37,722 nucleotides of DNA from IMG/VR virus record IMGVR_UViG_3300020161_000333, positions 1 through 37,722 of that record. One strand, 5' to 3'. The DNA is from a virus (Duplodnaviria > Caudoviricetes). The position numbers were made by a program, and so were the translations under genes. Below, piece after piece: positions 1-6,218 of the stretch. The notes beneath the pieces were generated by a model, which worked only from the letters and a program-made list of their open reading frames with translations, made no database searches and had not been told where the DNA came from. How positions within the stretch are numbered: position 1 is the stretch's first letter; each line of letters begins with the position of its first letter.

Positions 1-51
1 CCGCGCCTGCTCTTTTATGGTGCGTGGGATATTTAAGTTTTTCTTTTTAAA

Positions 52-64
52 AATCAACGAGTTA
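52..64 (+). promoter_or_regulatory. IHF-consensus site (AATCAACGAGTTA)
   Basis: Exact match to IHF consensus WATCAANNNNTTR with an upstream A/T tract; identical 13-mer at 372-384. Confidence 0.6.
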
Positions 65-148
65 CAGCGTTTATTAGAATCAATCTAACATTGTGCGATG
101 CAATAAACCATAAACCATACAGGGAAAAGGGAAAAGGAAATGCAATAA

Positions 149-161
149 AATCAATGGTTTA
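149..161 (+). promoter_or_regulatory. IHF-consensus site (AATCAATGGTTTA)
   Basis: Matches WATCAANNNNTTR, in non-coding DNA. Confidence 0.5.
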
Positions 162-172
162 TCATCAATTAT

Positions 173-245
173 GGCAAGGGCAAGGGCAGGGGGCAGGGCA
201 AGGCAAGGGCAGGGCAAGGCAAGGGCAGGGCGGGGCAGGGGCAAG
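173..245 (+). repeat. G-rich GGC(A)AGG repeat tract with five co-oriented GGGCAGGG (KOPS-like) octamers
   Basis: GGGCAGGG at 184, 191, 207, 223 and 233, read directly. Confidence 0.85.
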
Positions 246-278
246 ACACCAGAAAAGGAAAGGTATCTATATCCCAAT

Positions 279-329
279 TGTGACCATGTGACAAAAATTG
301 CCGTCACAAAGTGTCAAATATTGTCACAT
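279..329. promoter_or_regulatory. Inverted-repeat cluster, putative upstream activating sequence
   Basis: TGTGAC at 279 and 287, GTCACA at 303 and 323; perfect inverted repeat ATGTGACAA (286-294) / TTGTCACAT (321-329). Confidence 0.5.
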
Positions 330-371
330 TCTACGCATTGCATCAAACGAGACAATTTATTTACTGTTAAT

Positions 372-384
372 AATCAACGAGTTA
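372..384 (+). promoter_or_regulatory. IHF-consensus site between putative UAS and sigma54 promoter
   Basis: AATCAACGAGTTA matches WATCAANNNNTTR at the canonical position for a sigma54 promoter. Confidence 0.65.
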
Positions 385-399
385 ATAAACTGTTAATAT

Positions 400-416
400 C
401 TGGCATGGGTATTGCA
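400..416 (+). promoter_or_regulatory. Putative sigma54 (-24/-12) promoter
   Basis: CTGGCATGGGTATTGCA versus consensus YTGGCACGNNNNTTGCW; GG-N10-GC spacing exact; about 35 bp before an ATG with an RBS. Confidence 0.65.
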
Positions 417-450
417 TATATCTAATTGTTAATAACTGAAAGGGAATCAC

Positions 451-630
451 ATGAAAAAATACCAAGTTTTAATGACGTTTAAAAATCCGGCATGGGATGA
501 AAAAAACGGCTATTTGTACGAGGTAAATGCCAAAAGTAAATCAGAGGCTTGCAAATACGCTAGAAAAGAATCGGAATATCAAGGGCATTGTGGGGTTAGA
601 TATTTTTCGGCTAAAGAAATGGAAGATTAA
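451..630 (+). CDS. Small hypothetical protein, 59 aa (not in ORF track)
   Basis: Hand translation MKKYQVLMTFKNPAWDEKNG...KEMED*; AAGGGA RBS. Confidence 0.75.
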   Translation: MKKYQVLMTFKNPAWDEKNGYLYEVNAKSKSEACKYARKESEYQGHCGVRYFSAKEMED

Positions 631-703
631 AAAAGTATTTACTTTTCACGTTGAACTGTTAATATTCCATTTAATCACTAACTATTAATTTATGGGGTTA
701 AAC

Positions 704-961
704 ATGACTAAAGCAAAAGTAGAAAATTGGTGCAATCAAAATCAGGTCGCGCTAAGTATTCATAAATGGACAAACGGAGTAATCCATGTCCATGCCGATA
801 TAGATAAACCACAATCCATTTTTAGGTCGCATCAGCTTCATGGCATTGCACTACATGATGATGTTACGCGACCGGACTGGAAAAGTATTTATAAGGAATT
901 GATTGATGCAGATTTAGGGCCGTGTCTTGATTCTAATTGCGAATACTGCAAAGGGGATTAA
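704..961 (+). CDS. Hypothetical protein with C-terminal Cys cluster
   Basis: ORF 692-961; GGGGT RBS favours ATG at 704; ends CLDSNCEYCKGD. Confidence 0.7.
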   Translation: MTKAKVENWCNQNQVALSIHKWTNGVIHVHADIDKPQSIFRSHQLHGIALHDDVTRPDWKSIYKELIDADLGPCLDSNCEYCKGD

Positions 962-964
962 AAA

Positions 965-1054
965 ATGATTACCTTAATTCTCGCGCTTTGCATCGTTTCC
1001 GGTTGGTTTATCAGTCAACCAATTTTGAAAATCATTAACGACATAAGGATATAA
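965..1054 (+). CDS. 29-aa hydrophobic peptide
   Basis: MITLILALCIVSGWFISQPILKIINDIRI*; AGGGGA RBS; fills the gap between neighbours. Confidence 0.5.
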   Translation: MITLILALCIVSGWFISQPILKIINDIRI

Positions 1055-1058
1055 GACA

Positions 1059-1388
1059 ATGAAACAATCAGTGAATTTTTCTGCTTTTGTTGATGCCTTC
1101 CATGCGTATAACCGATATGACCAGTTTGGATATGACGCATTGTGCGTATTGTTTGATTACTTTGAAGAATATGAGGATTCTTGCGGTACCGAGATTGAAT
1201 TGGACGTTATCGCAATTTGTTGTGAATATTCCGTCGATGATTGGTTTGATATTGCCCAGAATTACGGAATTGATATTTCCGAAGAAGAAGAAGAAGAAGA
1301 TAAAAAACAGATTGTTATTGATTACATTAACGACAATTCTATTGTTGTTGGCGAATGTAAGGATGGAATAGTTTATGCAGTATTCTGA
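1059..1388 (+). CDS. Highly acidic 109-aa protein, DNA-mimic candidate
   Basis: 27 Asp/Glu versus 5 Lys/Arg (hand count); (GAA)6 poly-Glu; AAGGA RBS. Confidence 0.8.
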   Translation: MKQSVNFSAFVDAFHAYNRYDQFGYDALCVLFDYFEEYEDSCGTEIELDVIAICCEYSVDDWFDIAQNYGIDISEEEEEEDKKQIVIDYINDNSIVVGECKDGIVYAVF

Positions 1389-1461
1389 AAACTGCGGATT
1401 CTTTATTGTTGGTTTAATTGTTGGCGCATTGTTGCTCTGGTGTTTTTTCTATTTTATTTAA
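1375..1461 (+). CDS. 28-aa hydrophobic peptide
   Basis: MQYSENCGFFIVGLIVGALLLWCFFYFI*; start overlaps the end of the upstream gene. Confidence 0.45.
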   Translation: MQYSENCGFFIVGLIVGALLLWCFFYFI

Positions 1462-1480
1462 CTCAATAGGACAATACAAA

Positions 1481-2116
1481 ATGTATATTAATATTAAGAC
1501 CGTTAACGCTCTCGCTAAATACATCGCACCAAAAGATGATATTCGTTACTACCTTAATGGGATTTTGCTGGAAATTACGGATAAAGCAAGATTTTATGCC
1601 GCTACTGACGGGCACAAAATGGTTGTTATTCGAGAAGAAAGGCAAGAGGGCGACGAATCAGGGCAATGGATTTTGCCGCGTGATATCGTTCTTGGAATTA
1701 AACTAAGCAAACGTCCGGTAATTGATATCGCAGAATTTAATCAAGAAAATGGCAAGGCAAGTATTAAATATTGCGGTACTGAAACATCCTTTGGACTGAT
1801 TGAAGGAAAGTTTCCAGAATGGCGCAGGGTTATACCTGTTTCTACGTCCGGGGAAATTGCACAATTTAACCCTGATTATTTAGTCGCAATCCGTGACTGT
1901 GCAAAATCCACTGTTGGAACAGCCGGATATTGTGGTTTGTCTCTATTGCATAACGGAACTTCGGCATCACTCTACCAAGCTAACGATATAAACTTTATCG
2001 CGGTTATCATGCCACTGCGTATTAACAAAGCTGATGTTTATTCACCCAATCAGGACGTACTAAGCAATTATTGGGGTTTTTCTAAGCCACTGGAAAGCGT
2101 GAAAAATGCAGCATAG
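1481..2116 (+). CDS. DNA polymerase III beta-clamp-like protein, shortened (211 aa)
   Basis: DnaN motifs DIRYYLNGILLE, AATDGHKM, LIEGKFPEWRRVIP, FNPDYL, AVIMPLR; AGGA RBS before ATG 1481. Confidence 0.8.
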   Translation: MYINIKTVNALAKYIAPKDDIRYYLNGILLEITDKARFYAATDGHKMVVIREERQEGDESGQWILPRDIVLGIKLSKRPVIDIAEFNQENGKASIKYCGTETSFGLIEGKFPEWRRVIPVSTSGEIAQFNPDYLVAIRDCAKSTVGTAGYCGLSLLHNGTSASLYQANDINFIAVIMPLRINKADVYSPNQDVLSNYWGFSKPLESVKNAA

Positions 2117-2261
2117 TTATTGCGTACGGTTAGATGATAACGGGAAACCCCGTATTCTATGGCGTATCATAGGCAATACGGGAAATGATGTTTTATTGTT
2201 TAATGAGGATACAGGCGAATATTCAATAATGAAACCTTCGCAAATTTGGATTATTCTGTAA
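2106..2261 (+). CDS. Small hypothetical protein, 51 aa (not in ORF track)
   Basis: MQHSYCVRLDDNGKPRILWR...QIWIIL*; coupled to upstream stop and followed by a terminator. Confidence 0.5.
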   Translation: MQHSYCVRLDDNGKPRILWRIIGNTGNDVLLFNEDTGEYSIMKPSQIWIIL

Positions 2262-2270
2262 CCTAGTATT

Positions 2271-2307
2271 TTCAAGAAAACGGCGATTCGTTCGCTGTTT
2301 TTTTGAA
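2271..2307 (+). terminator. Rho-independent terminator
   Basis: AAAACGGCGA-TTCGT-TCGCTGTTTT hairpin with a T run, after the last gene of the cassette. Confidence 0.75.
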
Positions 2308-2349
2308 GGTATTATGTTAGTGAGCGCTTACACTGTAAACAATACGCGC

Positions 2350-2450
2350 ACAGGGCGACACAGGGCGACACAGGGCGACACAGGGCGACACAGGGCGACC
2401 ACAGGGCGACCACAGGGCTACCACAGGGCGACCACAGGGCGACCACAGGA
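2350..2450 (+). repeat. Tandem array of ACAGGGCGAC(C), 9 units plus a partial one, 10-11 bp period
   Basis: Read directly; one variant ACAGGGCTAC; no spacers. Confidence 0.95.
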
Positions 2451-2704
2451 AATGCGAGAAAATGCGCTAACTTGTTGTTTTATTTGGTTTTTTCTGGGCT
2501 TCAGTTACCAAAAAAATCGCCCTATTTCCGACAAGTTTATGTGGTTATCGCGGTGCAACATAGCTTTTTAATGCCCCTTTTTATACACCCCCGACTCACT
2601 TTTAAAAAAAAAATTTAACATCATTTTCCGGGCGGAAAATTTTAGGGGGAAAAATTATTTTTTGGGCTGGCGGGAATTAAATAATAAGAATATTTTTTTT
2701 ATTT

Positions 2705-3151
2705 TTAGATGCTGGTGTTTATTTTTTGACCAAAACTTCCCAATACTGTTAATGAGTAGTCCTGTTGTTTATAGTCTATCGGGCCTTGTTCTGTGTAGTG
2801 TCTGTAAATACCTTGAGATTCCAGCTTGGTCTTTTGGGTATGACAGGCAACACATAGACCTTGAAATAAGTTAATCAGGAATTTGTTTCTATCCTGCTTA
2901 TGAGGGAATACGTGGTCTATTGCTTCAGTAGGAGTAATAATTCCTCTGGACAAACAGGCCGCACAAATAGGATGTTCTGATTGAATCCTGCCGCGTATAG
3001 ACTTCCAAGCGGTAGAGTTATACAGCTTGGCGTTATGGCCGTATTTCTCTGACCGTTTGCCGCCGTGTTTCTCGCAGGAATTTGTGCCGAACGACCTTGC
3101 CTCTTTACACCCCAAAAAATTACACTTATTTGGCGAGGGTACGCTAGGCAT
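2705..3151 (-). CDS. HNH endonuclease (HK97 gp74-like packaging cofactor)
   Basis: YNSTAWKSIR...HPICAAC...IDHVFPH...FQGLCVACHTQKT; TGATG coupling to the upstream gene. Confidence 0.9.
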   Translation of the reverse strand: MPSVPSPNKCNFLGCKEARSFGTNSCEKHGGKRSEKYGHNAKLYNSTAWKSIRGRIQSEHPICAACLSRGIITPTEAIDHVFPHKQDRNKFLINLFQGLCVACHTQKTKLESQGIYRHYTEQGPIDYKQQDYSLTVLGSFGQKINTSI

Positions 3152-3513
3152 CAACCAAGAAACCGCAGCTTGTAAAGCGTAGCGTCAACAAGAGCAACGG
3201 CTTCATCAATCAAATTTTGAATCTCAGAGTCTTGCGGTAGCTGTGCGCGGTGCTGTGTGATGCAATCATTAACACCAATCATGGTTTCAATCGGATTAGT
3301 AGGTAACTGGTATTCATTGGAGTAACCGTCAATGATTCCATACTTACCTTGATACGCTTCAGCAATAGCGTCAGCTATATCAACAATCTCCGCGTAGTAA
3401 CCGCTAAGAGCCACATGCTCCGCATAGCTTCTAGTTTGTAAATGAAGGATATGCGTACTGGTCGCACTGTGGAACAGGCATTGAATTAATTGAGCGCAAT
3501 GTGATTTATCCAT
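3151..3513 (-). CDS. Ferritin/Dps-like helical protein (DUF5856-like)
   Basis: HILHLQTRSYAEHVAL...DAIAEAYQG...IQNLIDE...TLYKLRFL pattern. Confidence 0.65.
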   Translation of the reverse strand: MDKSHCAQLIQCLFHSATSTHILHLQTRSYAEHVALSGYYAEIVDIADAIAEAYQGKYGIIDGYSNEYQLPTNPIETMIGVNDCITQHRAQLPQDSEIQNLIDEAVALVDATLYKLRFLG

Positions 3514-3531
3514 TACCTGTTCCTTATTTCA

Positions 3532-3744
3532 TTACGGCAAAAAGTAAACGTAAATGTTTTTCGGGCCGACTTTTGGTTGATGTTCCGCAAGGGCTTTTTC
3601 ACGCAAGACTCTACCCCTTCGGCAAAGATTAGACAACGTGGTTTTTACGCAGGATTCCTTTGCGTCTGTCTTTTGGGCAATTAACTTCGCTGTCAGCCTT
3701 GTTTCGTTTTTCAGTAGTTCCATAATCTTTTTGGTAACAACCAT
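3532..3744 (-). CDS. Small winged helix-turn-helix protein
   Basis: LTAKLIAQKT...VKTTLSNLCRRGRV; AGGAG RBS; basic. Confidence 0.65.
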   Translation of the reverse strand: MVVTKKIMELLKNETRLTAKLIAQKTDAKESCVKTTLSNLCRRGRVLREKALAEHQPKVGPKNIYVYFLP

Positions 3745-3776
3745 CTTGTTTTCTCCTGTGTAAGTTTGGAACTGTC

Positions 3777-3804
3777 AATATACCAGATAAATAGTAATTG
3801 TCAA
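3777..3804 (-). promoter_or_regulatory. Putative sigma70 promoter
   Basis: TTGACA-16 bp-TATATT with extended -10 TG on the minus strand, upstream of the wHTH gene. Confidence 0.55.
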
Positions 3805-4130
3805 GATTTATCAAGTCTCGCGTTTGCCAGTTCATCCGTATATTTTTCGGGGTATCTTCGGGCCAGTTTGTTGATGTTTTCTTGGGCAAGTTCATCAAGA
3901 CTGCATCCAAGAGCGTTAGCAGCAAGAGCAACAAACCACAGAATATCTCCGATTTCCTCACGGGCGTTCTCCCTGTCTAGTTCTTTTCCGTATATTTGCC
4001 AGCGTTTAATGCAGTCCGCAAACTCTCCGACTTCACCAGTAAGACCGTAAACAGCATGGGTAATGTCAAACCCAAAGTCACCATCTTTTTTGGTGCGCAT
4101 TGCTAACTGTTTATATTCGTCAAATTTCAT
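3801..4130 (-). CDS. MazG-like nucleoside triphosphate pyrophosphohydrolase
   Basis: GLTGEVGEFAD...EEIGDILWFVA...NINKLARRY. Confidence 0.9.
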   Translation of the reverse strand: MKFDEYKQLAMRTKKDGDFGFDITHAVYGLTGEVGEFADCIKRWQIYGKELDRENAREEIGDILWFVALAANALGCSLDELAQENINKLARRYPEKYTDELANARLDKS

Positions 4131-4368
4131 TTTCAGCCCATTCGCCTTTAGTTACCCAATAGTCTTGAAGCAAAAAAATACCTACCTTTGGTTTTGAATC
4201 GTCAACAATTTCTTCAGGACATTTAATTCCGCGAATCATGTGTTTTGTTGCTTCTTCAAAAATCCCTAACTTTCTTGCTTTGTCGTAATACCGCCTTTGG
4301 TATCGCTTAAAACTGGAAAGTATCGTGTATTGTTTACAAACACTCATTACCTGATTAGCGTCTAACAT
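4120..4368 (-). CDS. Hypothetical protein
   Basis: Short overlaps with both neighbours in a packed operon. Confidence 0.65.
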   Translation of the reverse strand: MLDANQVMSVCKQYTILSSFKRYQRRYYDKARKLGIFEEATKHMIRGIKCPEEIVDDSKPKVGIFLLQDYWVTKGEWAENEI

Positions 4369-4540
4369 TTGCCCTCTCTACGCAGGATTGACATTTCCAC
4401 CTTTGGCCGTTTTTACTCTTTGTGCGTATCCACTTGCCTTTCATCATTGGTTGATACGACTGGCAGTTGGAGCAATACCGCCGCCCCATATAGTTTTCTA
4501 CCGCCGCTGTCATATTGGTTTTTTCTTGTCTCGTAATCAT
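4355..4540 (-). CDS. Small zinc-ribbon protein
   Basis: CSNC...CQSC. Confidence 0.6.
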   Translation of the reverse strand: MITRQEKTNMTAAVENYMGRRYCSNCQSYQPMMKGKWIRTKSKNGQRWKCQSCVERANVRR

Positions 4541-4829
4541 TTGATAATCTCTTAATAGTTTTTTTGTGATGTTCCATCCAATCGGAAGGAATGTAACCGT
4601 CTAAACTTCCATCAATCCTTTTAAATTTAACGTAAGGATGGTCGCAAGTTTGTTTCTTTATATGTTTCAACTGAAATTCAGGAGTGCAATCAGTACAGAA
4701 CCAAGATGTGTAAGATGGTTTCTGTTGCGATGCAAAACTTTTCCACTCGTCAAACTGTTCGCGTTTACAACAGTTCGGAACTCGTTTAACGTGAAACTTC
4801 AATAAGTCTTTTAAGTCTGTATTCATCAT
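4413..4829 (-). CDS. Hypothetical Cys-containing protein
   Basis: Coupled start; CTDC motif; 3' end overlaps the next gene by about 128 nt. Confidence 0.6.
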   Translation of the reverse strand: MMNTDLKDLLKFHVKRVPNCCKREQFDEWKSFASQQKPSYTSWFCTDCTPEFQLKHIKKQTCDHPYVKFKRIDGSLDGYIPSDWMEHHKKTIKRLSNDYETRKNQYDSGGRKLYGAAVLLQLPVVSTNDERQVDTHKE

Positions 4830-5014
4830 TTCAATTTATACCTGTCTCGACAAGGAGCGCATACGTCATTGACTAATCGGCCACTCCATTCGCCGCACAA
4901 ATCACAATCCCCCGGTTCGCCTTTTTCTAAAATCGCACGTTTGCGAACCTCTTTAATTTGATTATCAAGAACTGTCTGCGCGTAATCGTTAGCGGCATCA
5001 ATCTCGTCCGACAT
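4826..5014 (-). CDS. TraR/DksA-family C4 zinc-finger protein
   Basis: N-terminal DEIDAA (DxxDxA) plus CDLC...CAPC; 62 aa. Confidence 0.75.
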   Translation of the reverse strand: MSDEIDAANDYAQTVLDNQIKEVRKRAILEKGEPGDCDLCGEWSGRLVNDVCAPCRDRYKLK

Positions 5015-5498
5015 TTAAACACTCCAACTTTTCTTTATATTCGTCAATCTTTTGTTGAATATCTAACCTAGTAAATTTAATTGTTTGATATTTCAACCGC
5101 ATAAGTTCATCAAAAACCGAGTAACCGTAAGTATTGATAATGTATCTTGAGTAATCATCCTGCCGACCTCCCATATAATGATTACAACGAGTACACTGAA
5201 CACCTACGTTCCGTTCATCCCATCGTACTGACCTGTATTGTCGTTTAATGAAATGTCCGCAATCGGTTTCCTTCCAATAAAATAACTGATTGCAAGTCAC
5301 ACATTCAACAGTTCCGCCAGCATCTGCGTTTTTTAGTCTGATGTATTGACTAAATACTTTATCTAGCTTTTTCTCTAAATCAGATAGACTGACACTTTTT
5401 TTTCGCTTCTTCGATGTTTTTCTTTCTTTTGCATTGATATGTGCAACCACAGTTATTTCCTTTTTTCCAATCGCCGCAAGAATCCCATCGCTTTTCAA
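4998..5498 (-). CDS. ninG: NinG/Rap-family recombination endonuclease (start uncertain)
   Basis: FSQYIRL...CVTC...DCGHF...RWDERNVGVQCTRCN. Confidence 0.85.
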   Translation of the reverse strand: MKSDGILAAIGKKEITVVAHINAKERKTSKKRKKSVSLSDLEKKLDKVFSQYIRLKNADAGGTVECVTCNQLFYWKETDCGHFIKRQYRSVRWDERNVGVQCTRCNHYMGGRQDDYSRYIINTYGYSVFDELMRLKYQTIKFTRLDIQQKIDEYKEKLECLNVGRD

Positions 5499-5598
5499 TC
5501 ATTTCAACGTAAATTTTTCGCATTACTTTGCAAGGTTCCCGTTGAATAAATCGCTCTCTGTCCGACTCTAAATTGAAATCATAAATGCAATCGGACAT
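5380..5598 (-). CDS. Hypothetical protein
   Basis: ATG coupled to the upstream small ORF; overlaps the uncertain 5' part of ninG. Confidence 0.4.
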   Translation of the reverse strand: MSDCIYDFNLESDRERFIQREPCKVMRKIYVEMIEKRWDSCGDWKKGNNCGCTYQCKRKKNIEEAKKKCQSI

Positions 5599-5743
5599 TC
5601 TCTAATTCTTCAATCAGTTGCGATAACTTTTCTGGTGGCGGCGACCAAGTGTTAATTCCCCGTTTAAAGGCAAGAATCATTAAATCTAAATCTTCTTCCT
5701 TGAAAACAACCATGTGGTGCAAATCATCTTTCATGTGTTTCAT
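5579..5743 (-). CDS. Small hypothetical protein, 54 aa (not in ORF track)
   Basis: MKHMKDDLHH...ENVRLHL*; AAGGA RBS. Confidence 0.6.
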   Translation of the reverse strand: MKHMKDDLHHMVVFKEEDLDLMILAFKRGINTWSPPPEKLSQLIEELENVRLHL

Positions 5744-5769
5744 GTAGAATTTCCTTGTGCTGCCGGTTT

Positions 5770-5797
5770 GCCCCGCTTCCCCTGCGGGGCTTTTTTT
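5770..5797 (+). terminator. Terminator-like hairpin oriented antisense to the operon
   Basis: GCCCCGC-TTCCCCT-GCGGGGC followed by T7 on the plus strand. Confidence 0.6.
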
Positions 5798-5969
5798 ATC
5801 GCTTACGAATAACTGCGGGAAATGGTTGCTCTAATACATCCCTTCGATACCTAGCAAACGTAAGTGCTATGTCTGTCTTTGCAGCGTTAGTCGGTTTAAA
5901 CGGAAATTCAAGAATGTAAATCTTCCGTTCTCGCAGATACTTAATCGCTTCTTGTCTTTTATTTTCCAT
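5796..5969 (-). CDS. Small basic hypothetical protein, 57 aa (not in ORF track)
   Basis: MENKRQEAIKYLRERKIYIL...PAVIRKR*; starts 2 nt after the upstream stop. Confidence 0.6.
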   Translation of the reverse strand: MENKRQEAIKYLRERKIYILEFPFKPTNAAKTDIALTFARYRRDVLEQPFPAVIRKR

Positions 5970-5971
5970 GA

Positions 5972-6217
5972 TTAAAAAGGAATATTGTCTTTCATGTTTG
6001 CAATAGTGTCTTTTTGCTTTGTCGATTGATGCCCTTGCGTAGCTTCTTGAACCGCAAGGCTCATATACTTGTTTCCATCTTTTGACGTTTTAATCCAAGC
6101 ACTAAGATAAAAGTCCTTTCCGTTGACGTTTAGCTTGCCTTTGTATTCCGGCTGCTTATCGTTTTCTTTCTTGTCATTCTTAAACAATGCACCGCTGTTT
6201 GTGTTGTCATACGACAT
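5972..6217 (-). CDS. Small SSB-like protein
   Basis: GALFKN...PEYKGK...SAW pattern; C-terminal DNIPF resembles the SSB acidic tail; follows ERF and Exo. Confidence 0.7.
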   Translation of the reverse strand: MSYDNTNSGALFKNDKKENDKQPEYKGKLNVNGKDFYLSAWIKTSKDGNKYMSLAVQEATQGHQSTKQKDTIANMKDNIPF

Positions 6218-6218
6218 A

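Noticed and set aside
280-328. matS or CRP sites
   Set aside because: GTGAC/GTCAC half-sites are present but spacing and orientation fit neither GTGACRNYGTCAC nor TGTGA-N6-TCACA
80-425. ORFs 80-307, 91-291 and 171-425
   Set aside because: Low-complexity translations of the G-rich repeat in several frames, no clear RBS, overlapping regulatory sites
2295-2322. dif-like XerCD site (TTATGTTAG resembles the XerD arm)
   Set aside because: No XerC arm at the 6-bp spacing; upstream bases are the terminator T tract
2350-2450. CRISPR array
   Set aside because: 10-11 bp head-to-tail units with no spacers and no cas genes
2314-2571. 85-aa ORF across the tandem array
   Set aside because: Lies after the terminator and is open mainly because the repeat lacks stops
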